Positions 8,877 to 18,384 of a DNA stretch of 64,000 bases are shown here, in pieces. A program made the position numbers and the translations under genes. How positions within the stretch are numbered: position 1 is the stretch's first letter; every line of letters starts with the position of its first letter. The stretch lies in the IMG/VR virus record IMGVR_UViG_3300029448_004877, positions 7,862 to 71,861 of that record. One strand, written 5' to 3'. Source of the DNA: a virus. Below the pieces are notes generated by a model. The model saw only the letters and a list, made by a program, of their open reading frames with translations, was not told where the DNA came from and did no database searches.

Positions 8877-9743
8877 TTAACTATCAGCTACTACAGCGTC
8901 ATCAGTTCCGTCAACACCAACGTCACCAGCAGTACCTGCGGCTACTTTCATTGGACAGATGTTTTCGACAACATTGCGAGTTACTGCTCCAGCGGCTGCG
9001 GTAAGAGTGTGTGCTGTGCCCACACCAACAGCAGTCAAGTTAACCAGACCTGTTGCGCCTTTTGCTTTTGCGTTTGCCGCAGAAGAATAAAGCTTAATCA
9101 TGCCTGGTCCAACATTACTTACAAAGTAATTTTGTCCATCAGTTAATCCAGTGATTTGAGTACCGCCGTTATCAGCATAAGTTACTTCTTCACCAGTTGC
9201 AAATGAATGCTCACTTCCACCTGCGAGATGAATAATATCAGTAGTAATGTCAACCACGCTTGCTTGTGTTGCATCAAATGTTACAACAGTAGCAGGTACA
9301 GTTTTAGTATTGTACTCAACCCAACCAGGTGTTTGAAGACCCTTTGCTCTGTTAGCGGCGATGCCGGCTTCTGTAGTGTCTACAAAGTAGATATCAGAAG
9401 GTGTACGCTGAACAGAATGTGCAGTACCTACACCAACACCAGTGATATCTAATCTGCCAGTATTTCCGCCTGCGACGGAGTTCGTCATAGTATCGTATAG
9501 TTTAATTGTATTCGCATCTACGTGATTGACGTAGTATACAGTAGCATCAGTCAGACCTGCAACAGCAGTGCCGCCGCCATCTGAATAAGTTACTGCGTCA
9601 CCGGTTGCTAAACCATGCTCTGACAATACGATAGTATCAGATGCGGCCACAACAACGCTAGTAGACGTAGAATCGAAAGTTACAGTAGTTGTTTCCCACT
9701 TCGGCGCTGCCGCTAAAGTATCAACTGTTCCCCATAGTGCCAT
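8877..9743 (-). CDS. Probable virion decoration protein with duplicated beta-rich domain
   Basis: MALWG N-terminus; two copies of H(G/S)(L/F)ATG(D/E)xVTY...GLTD...Y(Y/F)V...IKLY...GVGTAH. Confidence 0.7.
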   Translation of the reverse strand: MALWGTVDTLAAAPKWETTTVTFDSTSTSVVVAASDTIVLSEHGLATGDAVTYSDGGGTAVAGLTDATVYYVNHVDANTIKLYDTMTNSVAGGNTGRLDITGVGVGTAHSVQRTPSDIYFVDTTEAGIAANRAKGLQTPGWVEYNTKTVPATVVTFDATQASVVDITTDIIHLAGGSEHSFATGEEVTYADNGGTQITGLTDGQNYFVSNVGPGMIKLYSSAANAKAKGATGLVNLTAVGVGTAHTLTAAAGAVTRNVVENICPMKVAAGTAGDVGVDGTDDAVVADS

Positions 9744-9779
9744 TTTATTTCTCCTTTATTAATGGTTCTTTAATCTTAT

Positions 9780-10775
9780 TTATTGTACGTAAGTATTCAA
9801 TTCGTACTTTGCGCCCATGTTGTATACTTGAATCTGAAGCATTTGACGAACGGGCTTGCCATTTTTCATCAACTTAATTGAGTATGAATTGGTCTTATCT
9901 TTGCTAGGCTTTCTGGGGCCAGTAGCAACTTTATCATGCCAATCATCTTCATTAATATCAAATCCTTTTTTCTTAGCAACTGCGATTGCTTCTTGCACTG
10001 CACCGCTAAAAGTGTTATGGTATAGTTTGTAATTAGGCGCTTCTTGAAGGTCTTGTTGAACTTCTTCGTTAACGGCCTCATCGTTGATTTCAGGCTCAAA
10101 TAAGTGCAGTTGCTTCTGCAAGAGCAACGACCTCTCTTCAGCTTCATTGAGTTGCTTTTTCAGCTTATCAATTTTTCTCTGAATAGCAACTTTTTTCATC
10201 TTAACAGAAGATGTGTTGCCAAAGAAAGTCTTAAGATATTTCTCAGCTTGATCAATCTGCTTTTGAATCTTAGCTTTGTCTACGCCCTCATCAAGTTCAA
10301 CTTCTTCACGCATAGTCTTCAGAGCATGTACCATATCTTTATATGATTTGCCCATTGCAGTTTGAAGCTTCTCTTTAGCATCTGGCTTACGAAAAGAAGC
10401 AAACTTCTTCAACGCAAGTTCAATAACCTTTGGAGGCAACTTAGCTTTCTTACCGTCAGCAAATTGAATAGGCATATTGCCTTTAACGTCAGACGCTTTA
10501 CGCAACTGCATGATGATATTCATCTTCGCACCAGCTTTATCTTTGTCGGTAGCGACAAGATCAAAATCAGCAGGATCAAACTTCTCATTCACATCCTCGT
10601 TTTGACGCTTAAGTACCGCCCTAACTTGTGGATGATCTGATAGACCTCTTGCTAATTTTTCGATAGTCTTTGTTGCACCGGTCATATTACCGCCAGCATA
10701 GCGTTTATCAGACGCAATACCAATCGCTTGCTTGATCTGCTTAGGACTAAATTTTTCGTTTAGTTCTTCAGTCAT
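9780..10775 (-). CDS. Hypothetical modular protein, probable internal head protein
   Basis: Lys-rich modules separated by LNE/VNE/LDE/LQE gp21-type cleavage motifs. Confidence 0.6.
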   Translation of the reverse strand: MTEELNEKFSPKQIKQAIGIASDKRYAGGNMTGATKTIEKLARGLSDHPQVRAVLKRQNEDVNEKFDPADFDLVATDKDKAGAKMNIIMQLRKASDVKGNMPIQFADGKKAKLPPKVIELALKKFASFRKPDAKEKLQTAMGKSYKDMVHALKTMREEVELDEGVDKAKIQKQIDQAEKYLKTFFGNTSSVKMKKVAIQRKIDKLKKQLNEAEERSLLLQKQLHLFEPEINDEAVNEEVQQDLQEAPNYKLYHNTFSGAVQEAIAVAKKKGFDINEDDWHDKVATGPRKPSKDKTNSYSIKLMKNGKPVRQMLQIQVYNMGAKYELNTYVQ

Positions 10776-11624
10776 TTAGTCCTCCAAAGCTTTAGAGATT
10801 GCTTTACGGCGTCTGTGTAGATATTCATCTGATTCATCCTCATCGCCATCGTTATCGATATCTTTGTCTTTACGATCATCGAACTTTTTCTTGACTGCTT
10901 TAGGTTGAACTTTGTCCATGCCTTCACCGTCGTCTGACTTGTCGTTAGAGTTGTCTTCTTTCATATGATAGCCTTTGCCATCACAATGATCACATCCTTT
11001 GCCTTCACACTTAGGACATTCGACCTTGCCTTCTTCTATATCTACTACTTCTACAGTGCCACCGTCCTGAACAATTTCAAATTCTTCTCTGCGAGTACCG
11101 CAAGAACTTTCGTACATTGCGTTAATCATTTTTTCGGACATAGATTTCATTTCGCCGTACATAGCATGAAGTTGCTCTTTTTTGTCTCCACGAGATCCAC
11201 ACTTCATCTTGTGTTTCTCTGCCATACCACAAAGTCCTTCGTAAGACATCTTCTTCATTTCGGCATAAGTAGCATTGATCATCTGCTCTTTAGACATGTA
11301 GCCTTCTTTCATGCTAGGCTGTGAAGCGGCTTTTACAGCAGTTTCTACAGACTTGGCTGCCTTATCTTTCGATGAAATCATACCAATATTTGGAGTTACG
11401 TCTGCAACCTTAGGCGTCTTAGTATCGCCATCACCTGGACCAGTCTTATCTGCTCCACGTGAAGCTTTTGCTTCTGTCACTTCTTCTGGTTGCGCTTCAA
11501 CTTCTACTGCTGGCTCTTCGGCAACAGTTTCAGCCATTTTATATCCCTGGGAAGATATTTTTGCTGTGAACGCATCGACCATACCAGATGGTAATGGTTT
11601 AATGTCTTTAGCTTTTTTAAACAT
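10776..11624 (-). CDS. Hypothetical protein with CxxCxGxG zinc finger and DxDNDGD motif
   Basis: CPKCEGKGCDHCDGKG; DKDIDNDGDEDESDEYLH; Met-rich internal repeat. Confidence 0.65.
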   Translation of the reverse strand: MFKKAKDIKPLPSGMVDAFTAKISSQGYKMAETVAEEPAVEVEAQPEEVTEAKASRGADKTGPGDGDTKTPKVADVTPNIGMISSKDKAAKSVETAVKAASQPSMKEGYMSKEQMINATYAEMKKMSYEGLCGMAEKHKMKCGSRGDKKEQLHAMYGEMKSMSEKMINAMYESSCGTRREEFEIVQDGGTVEVVDIEEGKVECPKCEGKGCDHCDGKGYHMKEDNSNDKSDDGEGMDKVQPKAVKKKFDDRKDKDIDNDGDEDESDEYLHRRRKAISKALED

Positions 11625-11658
11625 GGTGTTCTCCTTAATTTGTTTATGTTACTATTTA

Positions 11659-12018
11659 TCAGTTATCGACTCTTGAGCCTGCTCGCCATTGATAGCAAGA
11701 CCAGTACTTTGCTTTCCATTTCGGGCCCGGATTATCACATCCATGTCTTGCCCTAAAACTCTTTCTTCTCGCAGGATCGTCACGTTTGATTTCCATGTTA
11801 GGATCACCAAATTGAACTTTCACTACATTACCCTTTTCATTTTTAACGTACACACCAAACTTTCTTTTAGAGTCTGTAGGCAGTCTAAAAGGATCGTTTA
11901 ATGTAACCTTTCTTCCGTCATACTCAGCGGCTTCCAGTACAAGATCAGAGTAAATATCACACTTCTCGCATACTGCGTCAATTGAGTCTTCGTTAAATCT
12001 CTTAAACTTTTTAATCAC
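11659..12018 (-). CDS. Conserved phage protein (DUF6321-like)
   Basis: KFGVYVKN..FGDPNM..RRKSFRARHGC..YWSC; GTG start overlapping the upstream stop (GTGA). Confidence 0.7.
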   Translation of the reverse strand: MIKKFKRFNEDSIDAVCEKCDIYSDLVLEAAEYDGRKVTLNDPFRLPTDSKRKFGVYVKNEKGNVVKVQFGDPNMEIKRDDPARRKSFRARHGCDNPGPKWKAKYWSCYQWRAGSRVDN

Positions 12019-12233
12019 TGTGCGTCCCAATACGTCTTGTCTAATTCGCCTGTTGCTGGTGGGCTACTAGTTTTTCTACACTTAATATAAGTCTGTCTAG
12101 CATTGCCTCCAGGCAGGGTAAACGTTCTAACTCCATTGCTAATCGTACCAGGAGTATTTGAGTATGTGTCAGATGCAGTAGCGGCATTGTCGTATTCCCA
12201 CTGAGTGTTATTTGTAACTGTAACCCAAGCCAT
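12015..12233 (-). CDS. Hypothetical protein
   Basis: 72 aa ORF translationally coupled to both neighbours, GGAG RBS. Confidence 0.65.
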   Translation of the reverse strand: MAWVTVTNNTQWEYDNAATASDTYSNTPGTISNGVRTFTLPGGNARQTYIKCRKTSSPPATGELDKTYWDAQ

Positions 12234-12466
12234 TACTCTTCTCCGTCTTTATTCATCATATATCGATGAGCGGAGTTTAAGTAATCAGCAGCCTTAGTAA
12301 TCTTGTTCTGCACCCACTCTGGAAGATTATCTTCATCATCGAACATTTTAATCATATGCTCGGCATCTGCAAGAACGCCTCTGAGTTGCGTTTTAGCCAT
12401 ATTACCTTCATTATCATACTCGCCGGAATGTTTGTCTTCATTAAATGTTTTAAAACTTTTTATCAT
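12233..12466 (-). CDS. Hypothetical protein with capsid-targeting-like N-terminus
   Basis: MIKSFKTFNE; EGNMAKTQL..LPEWVQNKITKAADY pattern. Confidence 0.7.
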   Translation of the reverse strand: MIKSFKTFNEDKHSGEYDNEGNMAKTQLRGVLADAEHMIKMFDDEDNLPEWVQNKITKAADYLNSAHRYMMNKDGEE

Positions 12467-12470
12467 CTTA

Positions 12471-12914
12471 CTACGTTCCTTTTACGGTTCTTACTACTTT
12501 ACTAATAATCATTTTGATTGCTGTAATATAAGCCCATCCATATCCATTAATTACATGAAAGGTATGATTCTTTTCGATTGCAGATTTAGGTCCAAACTTC
12601 TTAGTCCAATTATCTACGTACTCGCCCTTATATCTTAAAATCGCATGAGACACTTTCCATTTATTTGGTCCCACTAAACAGATACCAGCTTGATGCGTGA
12701 TAAGCAACCACCACATCTTCAAGTGACTCTCACCAGAAAGTCTCCATAAAATCGAAAGGGCATAATCTTCACAGTCGCCTACAAATTTACCTTCATCGTT
12801 TTCAGAGTAGATAATTTTCCAAGCATCTGCCATGCCATATTGATCTTTATCGTATCGGTATTTCCATTTTTTATTAAATGAAGATACAATCTTATCTCTT
12901 TCTTTCATATTCAT
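12471..12914 (-). CDS. Transglutaminase-like cysteine peptidase (BTLCP/LapG-like)
   Basis: GDCEDYA, HAIL, VDN: Cys-His-Asp triad. Confidence 0.75.
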   Translation of the reverse strand: MNMKERDKIVSSFNKKWKYRYDKDQYGMADAWKIIYSENDEGKFVGDCEDYALSILWRLSGESHLKMWWLLITHQAGICLVGPNKWKVSHAILRYKGEYVDNWTKKFGPKSAIEKNHTFHVINGYGWAYITAIKMIISKVVRTVKGT

Positions 12915-12962
12915 TTCATTAGTCCTCGTATTATGTTTAATGCTTTCCTACCATCTGGATGA

Positions 12963-13817
12963 TCATCCAAACATCTTTTTCAGAGTAGCTGGTCCAGCAA
13001 CTCCGTCTGCTACTAATCCGTTTGACGCTTGCCACGCACGTAATGCACGTTTTGTTCCTGGTCCAAATATGCCGTCTGCCCCGATATTAAGTGCCTTTTG
13101 TAATGCAACAACAGTATCTCCTCTATCTCCAGTTGTCACTGTTACGTACTCAACTTTAGATTTCTTAGGAGTAGGAATCTTTCCACCCATAATTTCAATA
13201 GCGGCTTTATAACGTTTTGTTCTGTCCGCAAGTCCAATATCACCACCATTAATCTTTTTAGTCATCTTAACAATGTCGCCTTTGTCTGCGATTGCGTTCA
13301 GTTTAAATGTCTTCCAGAACCAACAAGCACTTTCGATAGCACCTCTTTCTGTTGCCACATATTCTGCCGCTTCTTCTGCTGTCATTCCAACAGTCTTACC
13401 AAATTTAGTATAGTTTTCACGACCAGTAAGTTGCTTCAGGCCACGACCCCTAAAGAGCCATCCATCTCCTTCTTTGACATTGCCCATCTTATATTTACGA
13501 AACTCGTCCATATATACGTAGTTAGCAATCATCTCTGGATTACGTGCATACTCTTTTGCGCTACGCTTCGGTGACTTACCAAAGTACCGTCCAAATACTC
13601 TAATCAATGCGCTTTCACTGTAATTCAAGTTCTCTTCAAGTGACTTGAAGTTATTACTTTCGTGGGCACATTGTGCAATAAATCCAGCCATTCTTTCAGG
13701 CGTGTTGATGTCGTACTTAGGAAAGATTTCTACAATCGCATCGTACCACATATCGACTTTTGTGTTGCCAGGAATCATTGCGCCTAGCATCTCTTTTGTT
13801 AGTTGAAATTTACTCAT
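12963..13817 (-). CDS. Endolysin: GH19 lysozyme/chitinase plus peptidoglycan-binding domain
   Basis: FIAQCAHES, ENLNYS, DGWLFRGRGLKQLTGRENY, INGG; C-terminal DGIFGPGT / DGVAGPAT PG_binding_1; start MSKFQ at 13817. Confidence 0.92.
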   Translation of the reverse strand: MSKFQLTKEMLGAMIPGNTKVDMWYDAIVEIFPKYDINTPERMAGFIAQCAHESNNFKSLEENLNYSESALIRVFGRYFGKSPKRSAKEYARNPEMIANYVYMDEFRKYKMGNVKEGDGWLFRGRGLKQLTGRENYTKFGKTVGMTAEEAAEYVATERGAIESACWFWKTFKLNAIADKGDIVKMTKKINGGDIGLADRTKRYKAAIEIMGGKIPTPKKSKVEYVTVTTGDRGDTVVALQKALNIGADGIFGPGTKRALRAWQASNGLVADGVAGPATLKKMFG

Positions 13818-14590
13818 TTTCCTTGCCTCTTTAACATTGTTACCTTTTTCTTCCAAGCTGGTTTGTCCATTTCTTTCTCTACATCTTGAACAGCATCCAT
13901 AAATAAATGGAGCATTTTCATCTCATACTCTATACTTCCCCAATTCTCTCTTTTTGCCTGTTTGACCATCTTTTCTAAATATTCTACGACTTTTTCTTTT
14001 ACTTGGTCATGTCTTAGTCTACCATAACCACGCAAAAGTACTTCTGGATTGGTTGCATCATCAGAAGATTGTGGTTTGGTATCGTATATTTGTCCAGTAA
14101 CAGCCTCTGTTAATTGTTTAAAACTTTTCATTTTTTTGATCTCCCAAACATTTTCATTCCCTTCGTGTATCTTTTTTGTGAAAGTTTTTGGGTAAGTGTA
14201 CACGTGTTTTAATAATTCTCTAACTTTCACATCCGCTTTCATGATGTCAATATCTAATCCAACGTTTTTAGCGGCTAACCATCTATGATGTCCATCTATG
14301 ATATAGTTATCTTTACTCACAATTAGAGGTTTTGCTTGACCAAGAGTTTTGATCTTAGCGATTGCGCCTACAACCTTATCTTTGTTAAACTCTTTCTGAA
14401 TAGGCTTCAAACTCTTTGCAGGCACTTTTATTTTTTTAATGCCCACATTATTTTTCTTCAAATGCTTAATCAGTCCATCGTAATCCTGCGATCTAACTTG
14501 CGGCATTTTATCTCTTGTAAATCCAAGAGTGTCGACCGACTTAGGCTCATATACCTTAAACTCTGCGACAAAAGTTTTAAACTTCTTCAT
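13814..14590 (-). CDS. ParB/Srx-like domain protein fused to a second module
   Basis: LKPIQ, PLIVSKDNYIIDGHHRWLA ParB motif; capsid-targeting-like N-terminus MKKFKTFVAE; internal MKSFKQLTE. Confidence 0.75.
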   Translation of the reverse strand: MKKFKTFVAEFKVYEPKSVDTLGFTRDKMPQVRSQDYDGLIKHLKKNNVGIKKIKVPAKSLKPIQKEFNKDKVVGAIAKIKTLGQAKPLIVSKDNYIIDGHHRWLAAKNVGLDIDIMKADVKVRELLKHVYTYPKTFTKKIHEGNENVWEIKKMKSFKQLTEAVTGQIYDTKPQSSDDATNPEVLLRGYGRLRHDQVKEKVVEYLEKMVKQAKRENWGSIEYEMKMLHLFMDAVQDVEKEMDKPAWKKKVTMLKRQGK

Positions 14591-17589
14591 ACCTTAATCA
14601 CTTTGCTTGATGTACCGAAGTTCTTCTTACGCATGATAGTCTTGTTAACTACTTCGTACTCATCTTTTTCGCTGTCGTAGTTAATGACAATAGGCAAGTT
14701 CAAGTCTGCCTGAATGTCCTTAAGTACTGCTTCGATGTCAGGATTTTGACGAATATTCTTTGCTTTATTCTTCGCAATCTTTTTAAACACTCTCTGAAGT
14801 TCAGCAATTGTGATAGCAGGCTTGTTACGATCATCGTTCATGCGATCAGCAAAGTGCTTAGTGAACTCTACATCGATGCCAAACTTGTCAAGCAATCTAT
14901 CTGCAAATCTCTCAAGATCATTCAACTGCTTTTGTGTAACTTCTTCGCTGAATTGCGCTTCGAATAGATCGTTTACTGACTCACTTACAGTTTCACCAGG
15001 AGTATCTTTCTTATAACGCTTAGTAACTTTTTCAGTGCCTCTGTCTCCTGCACCTCCAACTTCAATAACATACTTTTCGCCTAACATATTGTGTAGTACT
15101 TTATGGTCTACGTTATTGTAACTCTTGGCAATCTGTTGAGCATAGTAACCAGAGCCATGCCTCATGCCTCTACCGCCAGCTTCTTTCTTCTTACGAGTAA
15201 TCAAATCTTTTAATGTTTTCAGTGCGTGTTGATATGCCTTTTTATTAACTGTAACAGACTTAACTTTGTTTACTACATATCCTTCTGATGCTTCTTTACT
15301 CTCTACGAACTCTTCGAACATATTATCGATGTCAACTTCTTCGTTTTTAGGCACACAGTTAGGGACTAGCCTACCGTTCTTCTTTTTCATGCCTCTTTGC
15401 TCATGAGAGTCCCAACAAGGATCATCATCTTTTTCTTTCAAAGATTTACCCTCGCTGTCGTATCCAGGCTTTCCAGCTTTTGCTTTCTTAGATATAGCGA
15501 TTGCGGCACGTTGTGCGGCTGAACCTGCGCCTTCAGTCATTCCCAAAATTCCACGAGTGAATTCATTCAGTTGACCACCAGCATCTACGAATGCGGCTAT
15601 AGCCATTTGCTGTTTTTTCTTATCTGACTTACCTGCAAACTGAGGAGCATCTGACTTCTTAAAGTCATCGATCCAAGCACCGAGTCCGTCAGATACTTTT
15701 AACTTCTCTTCTAATTCAACTTCTTCTTTTTTAGCACTGCCACGCACTTTAGCGGCTAAATCTGCGTCTGCCTTACCCCATGTGCCGGACGACTTAGTAA
15801 TGAAAGAGTTAACACGTGCAAAGCCCCATTGTTGTGGAGTAGTTCCTGGTCTGTGACCAGTTCTCCAAGCGGCAATACCTCTATTATAGACTTGACGTAA
15901 AATGCCTAGTGGCATTCCAGACTTCTCTGCTTTCTTCTTGAGGCCCTCATTACCCTTTGCTTCATCAAGAGTTACTTGCTCGTAGATGTCGTTTGTAGTT
16001 TCTTCGATGAAATCGATAAGTGCTTTGTCTGTATCAAACTCTTCTTTGTTGATACTTGTAATCTTCTTGCGTAATTCTCTGGTAAGTAGAGCGTCCATTT
16101 CACGCTCATGCTCTTTAGACAAATTCTGTCTTTCGTCTTTGTGTTGGCGCTTCAATCTTTTTTCGGCATCAGTGTTGATAGAGATTTCGTTTAATGCCTC
16201 TTCTTTGCGGACACGAAATGCACGAAAGCGGCGATCTAATTTAATTTGACCTTCTTTATTAAACATTTGATGATAACGCTTAGTGTGCTTTGATGGCTTG
16301 GTCTCTGCTTCTGCATCACCCGGCGCTGGCTTGTACGCATCTGGATTATCGTCATCCATTTTAGCGCCCTTTTTAAAGTGTGCATCACGCTTTGTTTTTG
16401 TAGACTTGGCTAGACCTTTATGATATACAGCTGGCTGTGTGCCTTTTCTATCCTTAATATCTGGATCTTGACCCACAGTAGGCTCTTCAAAAAGAGTAGA
16501 AAACTCATCATTAACTAAGAACGATTCAAACTCTTCGTTCACACTCTTTTTACCAGATAGTTTTGCTAAATCTGCTTTTCTAACTTTAGGCAATAACTTC
16601 TTTGCTATTCGGTCGATTGCGCCCTTCTTAGTAGAAACACGTTTGTCGATAAGCATTTTTTCAGAAGGAGATAAGTTGTTATAGTTTTCGCCTTTCTTGC
16701 CTGCGACTTTCTTGCGAATAATTTTGATGGCAGCTTTTCTAGCACGTAACTTTAACTTATCCATAGTAGCGGCTTTTTTAGCCATACGTCTACGACCTTG
16801 AGCAATCTTTGACTTATACTTACGCATTGTGATTGATCTTTGGCGCCTTTGTTGCATCGTCAATGCTTCTTCAAGCTGTTCCATCATTTCGGCAATCTTC
16901 ATGCCGCCACGTACCATGTCATACACATCTTGAGCATCATTTTGAAGTCTTCGAGGCAAACCAGTTTTGAATTTTTTGAAGTCACCTTGAGAGGCTGCGG
17001 CTCTCATTTTAGAAGCAGACATGCCTTCTACTCCCTCTGAATCTGGGTCACGATCACCAGCAGATACAATAGAGATTTTATCAAAGTTATAGTCTTTACC
17101 GTTGTACTTGTTTAACAGATCATCGAACTGTTTAATTCTATCCTGACCAACAACAAGAATTACCTTAGAGAATTTCTTCTGCAACTCTTGCATGATTTGG
17201 ATGATAGTGCGGGCATTGGATTTTACGATGATATTACCGAATGCTTTCTTTGCAAGCATAATTTTATCATCGTAATCTAGAGGATTTTTCTTAGCGTCTT
17301 GACTGTGAGAAACGTAGATCAGCGGTGTTGCCGCTTCTGATCTTGCAACAGATTTGATTTTGTTGACTAGCTTTTCGTGTCCAACAGTAATTGGATTCAT
17401 TCTGCCCCAACCCAAAACTACTGTCTTATTTGGAGCTTCTTCAAGTTTGGGGTTGACCTCAATAGCGTTTTTCACTAAGAGTTCATCCTTTACTTTCTTC
17501 GAAGTCTTCTTTGACTTCTCTGTCTTCTTTTTAGAAGTCGTTTCTTCACCAGAGTTTGCCTCTGGATTTTCCATAGAATCGTCTTGCAT
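14587..17589 (-). CDS. 1000-aa multidomain protein: N-terminal HIGH-class nucleotidyltransferase (cytidylyltransferase/NMNAT-like) plus multiple modules
   Basis: GRMNPITVGH, SQDAKKNPL, VVGQDR, SAGDRDPD, MSASKMR; later DUF5824-like YNRGIAAW..GHRPG..QWGFARVNSF module. Confidence 0.8.
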   Translation of the reverse strand: MQDDSMENPEANSGEETTSKKKTEKSKKTSKKVKDELLVKNAIEVNPKLEEAPNKTVVLGWGRMNPITVGHEKLVNKIKSVARSEAATPLIYVSHSQDAKKNPLDYDDKIMLAKKAFGNIIVKSNARTIIQIMQELQKKFSKVILVVGQDRIKQFDDLLNKYNGKDYNFDKISIVSAGDRDPDSEGVEGMSASKMRAAASQGDFKKFKTGLPRRLQNDAQDVYDMVRGGMKIAEMMEQLEEALTMQQRRQRSITMRKYKSKIAQGRRRMAKKAATMDKLKLRARKAAIKIIRKKVAGKKGENYNNLSPSEKMLIDKRVSTKKGAIDRIAKKLLPKVRKADLAKLSGKKSVNEEFESFLVNDEFSTLFEEPTVGQDPDIKDRKGTQPAVYHKGLAKSTKTKRDAHFKKGAKMDDDNPDAYKPAPGDAEAETKPSKHTKRYHQMFNKEGQIKLDRRFRAFRVRKEEALNEISINTDAEKRLKRQHKDERQNLSKEHEREMDALLTRELRKKITSINKEEFDTDKALIDFIEETTNDIYEQVTLDEAKGNEGLKKKAEKSGMPLGILRQVYNRGIAAWRTGHRPGTTPQQWGFARVNSFITKSSGTWGKADADLAAKVRGSAKKEEVELEEKLKVSDGLGAWIDDFKKSDAPQFAGKSDKKKQQMAIAAFVDAGGQLNEFTRGILGMTEGAGSAAQRAAIAISKKAKAGKPGYDSEGKSLKEKDDDPCWDSHEQRGMKKKNGRLVPNCVPKNEEVDIDNMFEEFVESKEASEGYVVNKVKSVTVNKKAYQHALKTLKDLITRKKKEAGGRGMRHGSGYYAQQIAKSYNNVDHKVLHNMLGEKYVIEVGGAGDRGTEKVTKRYKKDTPGETVSESVNDLFEAQFSEEVTQKQLNDLERFADRLLDKFGIDVEFTKHFADRMNDDRNKPAITIAELQRVFKKIAKNKAKNIRQNPDIEAVLKDIQADLNLPIVINYDSEKDEYEVVNKTIMRKKNFGTSSKVIKV

Positions 17590-17645
17590 TTTTCTTCCTC
17601 TATCGTAGGTTTACCGTAGTCTTACTACAATGATGTGTTATATAC

Positions 17646-17653
17646 TATTTATA
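17646..17653 (-). promoter_or_regulatory. T4 late promoter
   Basis: TATAAATA upstream of the 1000-aa gene. Confidence 0.8.
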
Positions 17654-17655
17654 AA

Positions 17656-18135
17656 TTACAGTAGTTCCTTAGAACTGTTCCAAGTCTCTTCTGCTTTCAC
17701 TAATGCTTCTTTAATTGATTCGAGTTGACTGAAGCTTTCGTTCTCTATGACTTCCATATCGATTCGTCTCTGTTTTGCTAATGTGTATTTTTCTTCTGCT
17801 TGACGGTGCTGTTCAGTTAAATTATGAAAACTACGTCTAGCTTCTCTTTCTTCCATAATAGCAATCATAGGATCCACTGGCTCTTCAGGAACAACTTGCA
17901 CTTCAGGCGGCATTAATGGATGATCTTCGCCAGTTACAGGAAAGTCCTCTTCTTCGATTTCTGCATCTGTATATACTGGATCGCTTAATTCGTCTGAAAG
18001 TTCGATCTCAGCATTTTCAATGTGGTCATTAAGCTGATCAATTAGTACAGATTTGGTAAGCCTACGATCTAGTTCAATACCAACTGTGCGTCCATAAGCT
18101 TCTAGCTCATCTTTTGTCATATCAGTAAAATCCAT
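17656..18135 (-). CDS. Hypothetical protein, N-terminal Rho-N/HEH-like domain and C-terminal coiled coil
   Basis: MTKDELEAYGRTVGIELDRRLTKSVLIDQL; GGAGG RBS. Confidence 0.65.
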   Translation of the reverse strand: MDFTDMTKDELEAYGRTVGIELDRRLTKSVLIDQLNDHIENAEIELSDELSDPVYTDAEIEEEDFPVTGEDHPLMPPEVQVVPEEPVDPMIAIMEEREARRSFHNLTEQHRQAEEKYTLAKQRRIDMEVIENESFSQLESIKEALVKAEETWNSSKELL

Positions 18136-18137
18136 AA

Positions 18138-18299
18138 TTAATCCTCCGACTTAACTAGCGTGAATATACCGTAAGCAATAGCACCGTAAGCAGCCCAGCC
18201 AATCAAACCTTGAAACATAAGTGCAATCACACCAACTGCAATAAGAGCACCGCCATCCCAAGATGTACGCTCTTTTAATCTACTCTTTAACCAATTCAT
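18138..18299 (-). CDS. Small membrane protein (53 aa, not in ORF track)
   Basis: MNWLKSRLKERTSWDGGALIAVGVIALMFQGLIGWAAYGAIAYGIFTLVKSED; AGGAG RBS; fills the gap. Confidence 0.75.
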   Translation of the reverse strand: MNWLKSRLKERTSWDGGALIAVGVIALMFQGLIGWAAYGAIAYGIFTLVKSED

Positions 18300-18322
18300 A
18301 ATTTTCTCCTTTATTTAAAATG

Positions 18323-18346
18323 CAAAAGCAGGCACAAAGCCTGCTT
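18323..18346 (-). terminator. Hairpin, probable intrinsic terminator
   Basis: AAGCAGGC-5nt-GCCTGCTT with short T run. Confidence 0.55.
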
Positions 18347-18384
18347 CTTAGACTTCTATAGTCTATTTAGCATTTTAAATTACC

